This document shows, piece after piece, positions 52,957 to 64,000 of a stretch of DNA of 64,000 nt. Numbering within the stretch: the first letter of the stretch is position 1; the number at the start of each line of letters is the position of its first letter. This stretch comes from Hormiphora californensis (Eukaryota > Animalia > Ctenophora), in the NCBI GenBank assembly GCA_020137815.1, contig CM035357.1, positions 4,588,001 to 4,652,000 on the forward strand, read 5' to 3'. The notes below the pieces were generated by a model, which saw nothing but the letters and a program-made list of their open reading frames with translations, searched no databases and had not been told where the DNA came from. The translations under genes were made by a program, and so were the position numbers.

Positions 52957-53990
52957 TTAATAATCTACAAATTTGTAGTCTCCAGTTAACACTACACACT
53001 TGGGGATAGATTCACGACGAACATAAACAGTATTCGGACAGTGAATAGTGAGGGTCGGTGAGTGGCGTTTTAGCCCAGAAATAAGTTCAATAAATACTCC
53101 AGTAACCTTCTGACAGCTAGCAATGTCAAGGTCCTCGAGATGCTTTAGGCAATGAATTAGAAGGGCGATGTCTCTGTCTTCGATTGATTCCTGGTTAAAA
53201 CGAGATTTTGTAGGGACTTGCAGGAACCAATGAAGGCGACATTTTTGCCTAAACAAGAAGTCTTGAGAGTTCTAACTCCCGACATTTGACGAATATTCCG
53301 CAACGTGTCAATTGGGGGGAAAAGTTGAGGTAATTCTAAAGTTCTCAACTTGGGACAGTGCTTCACCAAATCATGTAGACATTTCAGAGGTAAAAGTGGT
53401 AAGTCTTGTATAGATAAATCCACTACATTCGGCATTGACTCAAAAATTGAAAGAATCGCTTGTATCATGTCGTCATCATCTGTGAATACACAATCTTCGG
53501 TCCAAAACACCGTGCATTTTGTCAGCTTCGGAAATTCCGGAATCGAACCGTTTTCCATCACGAACGATGCCATCGGTATTGTCAGTTCTTCAAGAGAACC
53601 ACTATAACAACGAAGAATATTCATCAAGGACTGATCTTCGAATTTTCCATGCAGTATAATTTTCCGAATCGGGTTTCCTTTGAGGCATCGAAGCATGCAA
53701 TCCTCAAAATTTTCAAAGTGTCCATCGAATTCAAGTTCAATCAAGTTGGGTACTTTTGAACATAGTTTCTCACAGTTTTCCTCGCTTATGAGAACACGAA
53801 TGTTGACAGCCAGCACTTTAATTGCGTAGGTAGGGAAGAGAATCAAGTCGAGCAACATTTTGGGCTGGTGGATTGGGGCGTGAGCCGTGACATGAATGTG
53901 CTTGGCACTGCAGGCCCCTTATAAGCATGACCTGAACATTCCCGAGGCCCCTCATTTGGAAAACGTTAAAATCTGTGTGCCTTCCATTGC
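52957..53990 (-). pseudogene. Intronless leucine-rich-repeat protein (F-box/LRR-type repeats) broken by frameshift(s): pseudogene or consensus error
   Basis: LVKHCPKLRTLEL and CLKHLEDLDIASCQKVTG repeats. ORFs 53157-53858 and 52957-53256 join if one A is added near 53183 (..RNQIEDRDI..). A second apparent indel lies near 53918. Confidence 0.6.
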
Positions 53991-54021
53991 TTAAAAATTC
54001 ATCGATTTTGGCGGTCGAGAC

Positions 54022-54335
54022 GGGTTATGGCTGTTGTTAGGGTCGGGTTAAGGTTAATGGACTTTACTCAATTGTGCAGCACACAATCCAATATTTTCTT
54101 AGAAAAAGCCGCAAAACGCAGCACACGCCGCTCGGGCGCCGTTACGATCTGGGTGTTTGGAGGCCTGTTTACAGGTGCGCGCTGCCAAAAAAGTTGATTC
54201 ACTAAAATGGCTCTAACCGCCAAACCACTCAACCGTTTTGGCTGATTCAAAGTTTATCTGGTAGGGAATGTCAAGGCCTAACCCCAACCCAAACCTCAAC
54301 CCTAACCCTAACCCTACTTAAGCCCTAACCCTAAA
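54022..54335. repeat. Element bounded by degenerate telomere-like TTAGGG/CCCTAA repeats
   Basis: GGGTTATGG..GTTAGGGTCGGGTTAAGG on the left and CCTAACCCCAACCCAAACCTCAACCCTAACCCTAACCCTA..CCCTAACCCTAA on the right. Confidence 0.55.
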
Positions 54336-54399
54336 AAACCGTTTGTCAGCACTCCCAAAACACCCAGATTTTAACGCTGGCCGCGCCGCTCTGGGTGTA

Positions 54400-55118
54400 A
54401 CGACTGTGTAAAGACTGTGAGCTCAACCAGCTTGAGTTTGTCGATGCCATTCGACTCAGATACGGCTTCCACTTCCCAGACCTGATCGGCAAATGCGGCT
54501 GTGGGGCACAAAACAGTAGTGACCACGCCTTGATCTGCAAGGTTGGAGGCTTTGACATGTGGAGACATGACCACCTTCGGGATACCCTAGCCGACATCCT
54601 CCGGTACGCTGGATTTAAACCCGTTAACACTGAACAACCAATGTTGCCCTGTGATGGATTCAACTTGCCAATCAGTGCAAATATCAAAGCCGAAGCACGA
54701 ATGGACATAGTCTGTCGTGGCCTGTGGTCTGATATGCAGGCCAGTTTCATGGATGTACGGGTCTTCCATCCAAACGCCCCATCCTACCTGAAGGTGCCCA
54801 TCACGAACCTGTACAAGCAGCACCAAAATCAAAAGAAACTGGCCTATATGCGAAGGATGCAAGAAGTGGGGCAGGGTTCCTTCATGCCCCTCGTATTCTC
54901 TACATCGGGTGGCTTTGCCGGAGAGGTAGGGAAAGTTTTGGAACGAGCGGCCAGGAAGATCTGTGACAGGCACAAGGAGTGTTACGCTGAAACCATGTAT
55001 TTCATTCGTGAAAAGACACGATTCAGCTTACTGAGATAAACACTTGTTGCGCTTAGGGGCACAAAGAGACGTGTGATCCCAGTCAGAGTGGAAGATGTTG
55101 ACTTTCGAGATACGTGAG
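54400..55118 (+). mobile_element. 5'-truncated, degenerate CRE-clade-like non-LTR retrotransposon 3' end (CCHC knuckle plus restriction-like endonuclease)
   Basis: EFVDAIRLRY..KCGCG..DHALICKVGG..RHDHLRD..ARMDI..GLW..FMDVRVFHPNAPSY..FMPLVFSTSGG. A premature stop at 55037 interrupts FSLLR*TLVALRG. Confidence 0.75.
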
Positions 55119-55783
55119 CAGAGAGAGGGAGAATGAGTATATGAGGGTGTGTGGGTAATTTATTGTTGGCTTTTTAACGTGTAAAGACTGTGTAAACGCT
55201 GTGTAAATACTGAAATTTTTTAGGGATCCCTATGCAAGGCACGCAGATTTATATTTATCACCCCCTCTACTTCTCGTGCGCGAAATGTTTTTGCGCGTCA
55301 CATCACATAATAAAAAATTGATAAATTTCACATGCGTGGTCATTTAGGGGTGACAACTTAAGAAAATCCGACTTTAAAAAAAATCGCGCCCTTTAGTGAA
55401 TGGTGACCTCAAATGGTTGAAATTTCAATCAAATATCCAATCAACGGAGTTAATGTTTGGCCCATGTCCCATTTCCGCGCGCGCAAACTGCTGAAATAGT
55501 GCACTTTTATTTTACAGAGAACGTAGCGCGCTCCAGTTATGGGCGGTAAAAAAAGAGTGGGCAACGAAACGGAAGCGGGCGGGCAACATTTGTAGTTTTT
55601 AATAGTAATAAAAACAGTACCAAAACAGCATTCACTATTCAGATTCTCAAAATCATTCAATAATCAATAATCACTATTACACTTCTGATATTTGTAAATG
55701 GACCTTGTTAAAGGCCTTGTTAAAGCCCGACAAATGTGTCGGTAGAAATTGGAGTTATCTCCAACTTCTAGTCTGTGCCTTAA

Positions 55784-57409
55784 CAGGGTCTATTCCTAAG
55801 GTCGCCCCGAACCCCCCTTTTACTCTCTAAAATATTCCGCACTTTGACCAACATGCAAACAAATGCTTGTCGTGTGTCCTTTTCTCATCGTATCAAGTTC
55901 TAATAAACACCATCTTTTAGAAAATTTAATTCCGAGTTTGCTGGTGAAAACTAGGTTTAATTTGGAAAACAACAAGCAAAATGACAGCAAAAACCGCGTA
56001 CGACTACCAAAATCAGTCACGTTACCCAAGCATTTTGTTTTGATTGTAGCTCAGGAACTAAAACCGATCTCAAAAATCGGCCACATGTCCCACCTAGAAC
56101 TTTGTCTCATCTTTCCCGTGGTACCGGAGTTGTACAGATTGGGTCAATACCCATGATTTCTATAAAGAAAAACAACGAAAAAAGCAATTTTGCTTCAAAA
56201 TCACACTGCTCTCTCCTCCGAATTAAGGTCGCCCCAAACGTTATTGCCTATGTATCTCTCCCACTCACTAGTTAACACCACAATCACCAACGGTTTGGCT
56301 CTCGGAGAGGGGAAAAAAGTGAGAAAAAACGTACGGGGAGAGAGGGAAATACCAAAATACAAAAAAGGTCGCCCGATTAACGTTGACCCCTCTCCCCCCC
56401 ACGTCGAGTGATGAGAAATGACAGAACGTAGCGGGGAGAGGTACTACCAAAATAAAATAAGGTCGCCCCAGTATATGTTCTTATGAAACCCCCCCCCCCC
56501 AAAAAGGGGTAAAAAAAAAAACAACCCCAAAAAACCCGTTGTAAAGTTGCAGATTAAGCAGGAGGGGGGGGGTTTTTTGGTTTGGTGGTTCTGCAGAGCG
56601 CGAACCCAGAAAAAAAGAAAAATTGGGGAATTCCTGATTTTCGTTTAATGAAAGCAAAAAAAACAAAAATCCGACTAATTTTGATAGCTGAATCACATGA
56701 GCAACTTTTCCAAGCCCTCAGAGGTGGGGGGGAAAATTGCCCAAATTTGAGCAAATTTGGTTTTAAAAAAATGGGCTAACTGAGCTTAAGTAGTTTGTTA
56801 AATTTTCTCTATTTTTTTATTTGATGCAACCTATATTTACCCCGACAGAATCCTAAAAAGACTTCTAGACCCCCTGTTTCAGATAAACCCCCTGCCGGTA
56901 AGGGGATTTCCCCCCAAACTTGTTTTAAAACCCGGGGCCTTTTCTGAGGGGTCATATAAAAACACCTAACCCCGGGTTTAAAAAAACCCTTGCCCAAGTG
57001 GGGGTTTCCCACCCCCCCGAGGGGTCAGAGCCCCCAAAAACCCCCCGGGTTTCCCCCCCCCCCCCCTTTTTTCCCCCTTCCTTCCCCCCCCCCCCCCCTT
57101 TTCTCCTCTCTCTCTTAAAAATTTAGTCCTCCCTTTTCCCCTAAACCCCTCCTTCTCTTCTCCCCTTCTTTTCTCTCTCTCTTTGCCCACAAGTTTTGGG
57201 GGGACAAAGAAAGTTTTGGTGTTTTTTGGGGGGAGGGGTTTGGCCCTCGCAGGGGGGGGGACAAAAAACCAAATTTTTGTTTGTGGGGACAGAGGGGAGA
57301 GCCAAAAACAAGCCAAACCCCCCCCCCCAAAAAAATTTAAAAAAAATAACGAAAAAAAAAAAACGGGGGGGGGAAAAAGGGGGGGGGGGGGGGGGAAAAA
57401 AAGGGGGGG

Positions 57410-57442
<33 letters not shown>

Positions 57443-58982
57443 GGGGGAAAAGGGCCGAACCCCCCCCCCAAAACGGGGAAAGAAAAAAGGGGGGGGGGGG
57501 GTTTTTTTTTTTCCCTCTCTCTTTTCTTCTCTCCCCTCCTCTCCTCTCTCTCCTTTCCCCCCCCACCACAACACTCGTCACTCACCCATTTTGGGAAAGG
57601 GGCCAAAGACCTCTAAAAAACATGAACGTGTCTCTTGTGGTTGCCCAATTTAGGACTTGGTTGGAAAAAGATAATCGTAGCGCCAAAAAAGAGAGAAAGA
57701 GGGGAGAGGGGAGAGAGGAAAAAAGGGGAAGAGTGGGAGAGAGAGAGAGAGAGAGAAAGGCTTTAGTTATCCTACTATGACCCCTCAGAAGCAGACCCCG
57801 CGAAATGCCCCCCAAATTTGCAAGACAAAACCCCTTAGGCGTGCTTAATCCTTCAGGGTGTTTTGCAGGGTCTTTTCAGTCGAAACGGGTGCTAGAAAAA
57901 GGGCTTGAGGATTTTTGGGGGAAATTTGTGGATTGCATCAATAAATGAAATAGAGAAATTTAACAAACTACATGTATAGCTCAGTTATGCCCATATAATA
58001 TCCAATTATGCTCAATTAGGGCAATTTCCCCACCTCTGAGGGCTTGGAAAAGTTGCTCATGTGATTCAGCGTATCAAAATTAGTCGGATTTAGTGGATTT
58101 TGCTTTCATATAAATCAGAATCAGGAATATACTAATTTCATATTCTGTTCGAGCTCTGCAGAACCACACAACCAAACCTCCCCCCTCCTGCTGAGATCTG
58201 CAACTTTACACACGGTGAGAACATGGTGTTAAGTCGTGGGGAGAGAGAGATACATAAGAACATACTACTGGGGCGACCTTATTTTGTATTTTGGTATGTA
58301 TCTCTCTCCCTCGCTACGTTGCTGTCATATTCTCACTCATCTCGACAGTGGGGGAGAGAGAGAGATACATACGAATATAGTACTGGGGCGACCTTATTTT
58401 GTATTTTGGTATGTATCTCTCTCCCTCGCTACGTTGTTCTCACATTCTCTCCCATCTCGAGAGCCAAACCAGATTGGTGAGATTGTGGTGTTAACTAGTG
58501 AGTGGGAGAGATACATAGGCAATAACGTTTGGGGCGACCTTAATTCGGAGGAGAGAGCAGTGTGATTTTGAAGCAAAATTGCTTTTTTTCGTTGTTTTTC
58601 TTTATAGAAATCATGGTTATTGACCCAATCTGTACAACTCCGGTACCACGGGAAAGATGAGACAAAGTTCTAGGTGGGACATGTGGCCGATTTTTGAGAT
58701 CGGTTTTAGTTCCTGAGCTACAATCAAAACAAAATGCTTGGGTAACGTGACTGATTTGGTAGTCGTACGCGGTTTTTGCTGTCATTTTGCTTGTTGTTTT
58801 CCAAATTAAACCTAGTTTTCACCAGCAAACTCGGAATTAAATTTTCTAAAAGATGGTGTTTATTAGAACTTGATACGATGAGAAAAGGACACACGACAAG
58901 CATTTGTTTGCATGTTGGTCAAAGTGCGGAATATTTTAGAGAGTAAAAGGGGGGTTCGGGGCGACCTTAGGAATAGACCCTG
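55784..58982. mobile_element. 3.2-kb palindromic DNA transposon derivative, hAT-like termini with 5-bp TSD
   Basis: CTTAA|CAGGGTCTATTCCTAAGGTCGCCCCG..CGGGGCGACCTTAGGAATAGACCCTG|CTTAA. Arms are about 1 kb with a repeated AGGTCGCCCC motif; the centre is corrupted. Confidence 0.8.
56480..57900. other. Probable low-quality consensus (homopolymer-inflated sequence)
   Basis: The left arm progressively diverges from its mirror (57900-58500) through homopolymer expansion and turns into runs of A/C/G/T. Confidence 0.8.
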
Positions 58983-59615
58983 CTTAAGAGAAAACAGCCG
59001 TTTACTTATCTCACCATGCTCATATTTGAGTTAACCAATTCACCGTGTGCGTCTATAATTCAGGACAGTTAGATCATCGGGTATCTAAGATTGGAATTGT
59101 GCCAGAAAACACGTGGGAGTGGAAATTAAATTTTCGAGAAGGAATTTAGTAAAGGTTTCAGAGTCTCAGTGAGTTGAGAACATGGACCATACCGTCAGAC
59201 GTGCAGACCAACCCCAAGGAACCGAACCAAACCCCCCAAATAAGACTCCTCCCTAAATAACTTTATCTTTGAAAAAACTCGAATCGATTTCGATTTAAGA
59301 GAAATTGTCTTTTCTTATCTCATTAGTTGTCTGATACGAGTGCACTAGAGCGAAATATCGCTATGGAAACGGAATATTAAAACCTAATTTCAAGATTCAT
59401 TGCATTATCGCACCAGAAATAATATTATGCGGAAAACATTTTCAGGGTTCACAATTAATGTCGACTGGATTTTGTGAATTATCTTATTCTAGTAGCGACT
59501 AGCCGGATGCACAGTGCACACCCTAATTCAATAATCTGATAAAAAGGGTAATACTGCAGACTTGCAGGAGAGAGATAGAGAGAGTCCCCAACTCCCTTCA
59601 TTTCATTCTCCAATA

Positions 59616-62600
59616 ATGCGTGCTCTTCTTGTGCTGTGTCTGATTCTTGCTCTCCACGGAGGAGCGACAGAGGTTATAACTCATTGGGATGTGAGGGATG
59701 AGGTGGCAATACCGGTACCAGAGATAAAACCTGTTGCTAGCCGCTGTACTCCTTCTGCTGTAACTGCCGTTCTTACTTCACTGGAAATCGCAATGGCCAA
59801 GTAGGTACTAATTTAGTTTTTGATTCAACTCAATTTCCCCCAATCTCTTTATACTTTAGCTCACTTACCCCAAATAAGTATGAAACCCGATAGTTGATTT
59901 ATCAGTCGTTTGAAGATTTTGCGCGCTCATGATAACTGCTAGCTGGGGGATTTAACACCCTGCTCGCGATTTATCAGGCCAGTGTCCTTTTTCACGCGTT
60001 TCTCTTCATTTGAATAACATGCGTGTAAAATTCTAAGTATTGAAAATGTGTGTAAACACACAGTTCTGTCAACAAAAGAAAGGGGAAACATGTCTGCAAC
60101 ACGTTTCAATGTTATCTCTCTCATAAGGAGTGAAAAGAATCACATTCCATTCATTTCTCTCTCTCATTGTCTCTTTTACTGTTCATTACCTCTGACAGTG
60201 TGTATTGCCCCTAATCTTTCTCTCTCTTTCTCAAACATGTTAGGAACAGTAGACACTAAGTCTACACACATTTTCAGGGTATCTGTTGACTATTTACCAG
60301 CAGTTCTAGTGTGTTTCACCTTGTGTTGTGTCTCTTATTTGTGTGTAATTACTATCGGGTTTCATAATATATGAACGTTTATTAGCCTATCGCGTTATAG
60401 GTTTAAATCACCTCCCCCTCACCCTCGGCTGGCGCCTCGGGATCGGAGTCGGGATTTAAACCAGTTTAATCGCCCTGCCGGGGGATTAAACTCCAGTTGG
60501 CTGTCCCCAGCTCGCGCTGGGAACAGCCAACTTCATAACGCGCCAGTCTACAAACGTTCATACTTCATTTAGCTAAAATCAGGAGATGCTTCTTTGCTCA
60601 TTATCATTTAGAGCTGAAAATGCAGTACTTGGAGTCTGGACTAAAATAATGGAGGTTTTATATCATATGATAGAGTGAACAGAGTTGAATGTTTAGATAT
60701 GAAATATAACCCACAGGCCACAGATGGCATCTCCATGGCATGTAACTTAGTTTTCCTGATCAGAAATTAGATTTACATCACGGAACTTCCCCCGCATCTC
60801 TTCTTCTACTCTAATTAATCACTGTTTGCGGCTATAATGGATATTTTGCGGCTTGTTTCTATCTTTTTAGTCTTCGCCACACCGATAAAGTCAGAAATTG
60901 TCTACAACTGGACTATAGAACATGAATTTGAGCTACCGATTCCAATTCAGAAAGTTCCATCAGACAATTGCACCCCTTCCTCCGCATTTGCTCTGTTAAC
61001 TGCAATTGAAATTCAGCGAGCTAGGTATTTCAATAAGAGATAATATTATAGAAATTGTATTATTAGCTGAGTTTATAACTAATAATCTCGTTGTGTTTCA
61101 GAGTTTCTGGAACCTACCAGGGTCTCTCTAAACAAGAAGTAGTGGACTGTTACGGTGATTCATGCTTTGCTTTTTCTGCTGAACGAACCCGAAAAGTTGC
61201 AGAGTGGCTAGCACGACGGGGAAGACTGGCCCCAGGGGATAAGTATGAGGAATACAAAGGTAACCGAAAAGCGTGCAAGAGTAATCCCGCCCCTAATGCC
61301 CTACACAACTGGTCTATCAAGGGAGTCAGGAGGATTACTCCGGATCAATTTGAGGATGCTATCAAAGAGTAAGTGTTTTGTGCACATCTTTATTATCTGA
61401 ACCATACTACATACTCATATTCAATATTGGTCTTAGGCCTTAGCATACGCTGTAGGCCCCTCATTGAATTGCGGGGGTGCTCGGTATAACCAAGCCGCCA
61501 CCTTACGGTTCAACTTAATCTTATAAAATCTCGGTTCTCCATCACTATATCGCAGGCACGGAAGTGTTATGGCCTGTATGGGGGAATGTCCCATGTTCTA
61601 CACACGAGAAAACAACGGTCAGGTCATGCTGGATTCTGAGAGACCTCTAGATACCCAATGTATCCGTCATGTTAGTAGAAAAAAACTTGATTTCTTACCC
61701 CGCCATGTTAGTAGAAAATAACTTGATTTCTTACCCCGCCATGTTAGTAGAAAATAACTTGATTTCCTACCCCCGTAGGATTGATTCATGAAGTAGCATG
61801 GTAGCAGCTGCAGGTAGTTGTGTATATGTCATGAACTATACAACTACCATGCCCTGTAACTAATGTTGATTTGCTTGCACGTCGTTTTTGCCAATTATTG
61901 CATCAAGCCCATCCCCACCCGCGGCGGGACTCTAACTGCGCTTCAGTCAGAGGGATATCATGATGTCTCCCAATTTCAGATCTCGCTTGTTGGATACGGT
62001 GAGGAGGATGGGGTCCCATTCTATTGGGCTAGATGGATGGAACGATCCATAGGAGACTACGGATACATGAGGTTCGTTTTGCAGCGCCAATTTGACATTT
62101 AGCTGTTGGGGAAAGACTAACAGATAAGTTCCATTCTATTTTCATTCAATAATGTGTTTCCGATTGCAGATTCCGAAGGGGTAATAACGCGTGTGGCCTG
62201 GACAACTATTTGGAGGTGGTTGAGTCCGGACCCAAAGAAATGCCTGGCCCTCCGACGGTATGTTGAAGTCAAAAACTCCTCTGTGCTCACATCTAAAATG
62301 ACGTGACAATCGCAATTTGTAATGTAAAGCGATTCTAAACTTATTTCCCTATTAGGTTAACCCCGAGTCACTTTGTCCCCTTGATATGCCCGTGTATTGT
62401 CCGAAAACCAAGACTTGTCGGACAGAGGAACAAGAGTGCCTAGATATTCAGAAAGACTATCTGTCTGTTGCTAAAAAGGCTGAACTCCCGGAAAAATGCA
62501 AGGACAAGAGACCGTAAGTTAATAACAGTAAAAAGAGTGGTGAATTTTGCCACTTTTCTGGATAAAGACCCATTTTTCAAAGCTCGCGTGACCGTCTAAC

Positions 62601-63797
62601 ACACCAAACTATGTCTTGTCTAGGTGGTGCAAGAGAGTGACAAAGCGACATTGTGCAAAGTCAACCTACCAAAAGTACTGCCCAGGATCATGTAAGATGT
62701 GTGATGCGAACGGAAACCCCAACTGTAAAGACAGAGATATATCTTCTTTAAACATTACTTTCACCAGGCGTGATAATGAAAAAGTGGTACGTAGCTGAAA
62801 CATCCTTTGTTGTTGTGTAACAAGTACTACAGCCCCTGCCTCAACCCCAATACTATCCCCAATCCACAGGCTCTGAGTTTTACTTAATCCCTCCAAAACC
62901 CTGAGTCTAACTTTACTCCCGAACCCTGAGTCGAAACCCTAAACTTCCCAAATTCCTCTCCCTGCTTTCACCTTTTCATCCTCATAAATTGTCTCTTTAC
63001 ACCTGATTTCCCTGCAGGAATATACAGACTGCACCCAGCTAAAAGAGGCACAATACTGCATCAGCACGGCAGTACAAATGGCGTGTGAGGTGTCCTGTAA
63101 CGTTAACCCTGTGGACTGTGGCCGAAATACCTCAGCAGTCATCCTGGATAAGCTGGGTGGAAGCACCAAGACCCGGGGACGATGTTACCTTCCCGTCATT
63201 GAAAATGGAAGGGCAACAAACGAGCTAGCGGAAGATGGGACTATTGAGGCGGGTACAAAGCTGAACATAGAATGCGATGAAGGCTTTGAACTGGCGGGTG
63301 AAGAGAACGTGTGCATGATCCAAAACGTGTACATACCTGACAGCAGAAGGAGGCAGTGGTGTAAGCCCATTTCGGAGGCCCGGACCGGCTTTGGGGCGGA
63401 CTACCGGGGCAGCCAGTCCACAACCATGCCTGGGAACAATTGTGCAAATTGGGCGGAACTCGCTGAGAATGGAGCCATTTCAAATGATGCGGAGGCACGA
63501 TTAGCGATTGCCAACGGGAACCACAACTTCTGTAGAAATAACAACAATGACGCCGGACCGTGGTGTTTTCTGTCCGGATCTACCGTCCTGAACAAGGAGT
63601 ACTGTTTCCCATACAACGCGTGTGATGCACAGTGCGGAGAGGGCAAGGTGAGGAGGAACAGGTCTGGACAGTGCGGCAATCTCGTGGAAACTGGCAGGGC
63701 CACATGTGAGCTGTTTAATTTCTCTCATCTGAAGAAGTACCAGTGGATGTGGAATGCGTGTCCCGTAACTTGCTGTGAGAAAGCCGGGTGTGCCTAG
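59616..63797 (+). CDS. Secreted mosaic protein: signal peptide, papain-fold (C1A) domain lacking catalytic Cys/Asn, ShK-like domains, sushi/CCP, kringle, ShK-like; two alternative first exons
   Basis: Exon 59616-59800 or 60837-61024, then 61102-61368, 61556-61670, 61980-62071, 62170-62257, 62356-62513, 62624-62787 and 63018-63797, all in frame. Motifs LSKQEVVDC, RHISLVGYGEEDGVPFYW, GYMRFRRGNNACGL, KYCPGSCKMC, CDEGFEL, YRG..NFCRN..PWCF. Confidence 0.85.
61663..61775. repeat. 36-bp tandem repeat (3 copies) spanning a splice donor
   Basis: Unit CCGCCATGTTAGTAGAAAATAACTTGATTTCTTACC. Confidence 0.9.
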
Positions 63798-64000
63798 TGC
63801 TTACGGTGTATAGAAACTGTGGCAATAGCTTTAGAGACTGAAAGTTGTTAGGTGATGAAATATGAATGAAGTTTTTTTGGAAAGATTTTATTCTATTGTA
63901 GTTTACAGGATTAGTAAATCGAAAAGGCGAGTTTTTATTGTCTTCAACAAAAAATAAACCTTTCACAAATTCAATGGAATCAAAAAATATAGAAGTAAGA

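Noticed and set aside
54278-54335. True telomere
   Set aside because: Only a few degenerate CCCTAA units, internal to the sequence.
56978-57815. Long G/P/K/F-rich ORFs
   Set aside because: They arise from homopolymer-corrupted sequence inside a palindrome.

Overview
Eukaryotic (animal) genomic DNA with compact GT-AG introns, (CT/AG)n microsatellites and many foldback/MITE-type DNA transposon derivatives. The abundant short repeats resemble ones I associate with Pleurobrachia-type ctenophore assemblies; this attribution is recollection, not verified. Genes, reconstructed by hand: (1) two divergently transcribed, paralogous Ig-like cell-surface protein genes, the + strand copy ending in an array of phase-matched alternative 3' cassettes (three different TM+tail modules and one GPI-type module); (2) a tightly packed minus-strand run of LRR protein, IDH3 regulatory subunit, PLD3-like, SDR39U1-like and API5, in which the four downstream genes each have a splice-acceptor AG exactly 4 nt before the ATG (candidate SL trans-spliced operon); (3) two intronless class A-like GPCRs nested antisense in introns; (4) a CRE-like retrotransposon 3' fragment; (5) a secreted pseudo-papain/ShK/sushi/kringle mosaic gene with two paralogous first exons. 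The IDH3 gene also has duplicated N- and C-terminal exons. Roughly 56.5-57.9 kb looks like low-quality consensus inside a 3.2-kb palindrome. Exon boundaries were read manually and need RNA-seq confirmation.
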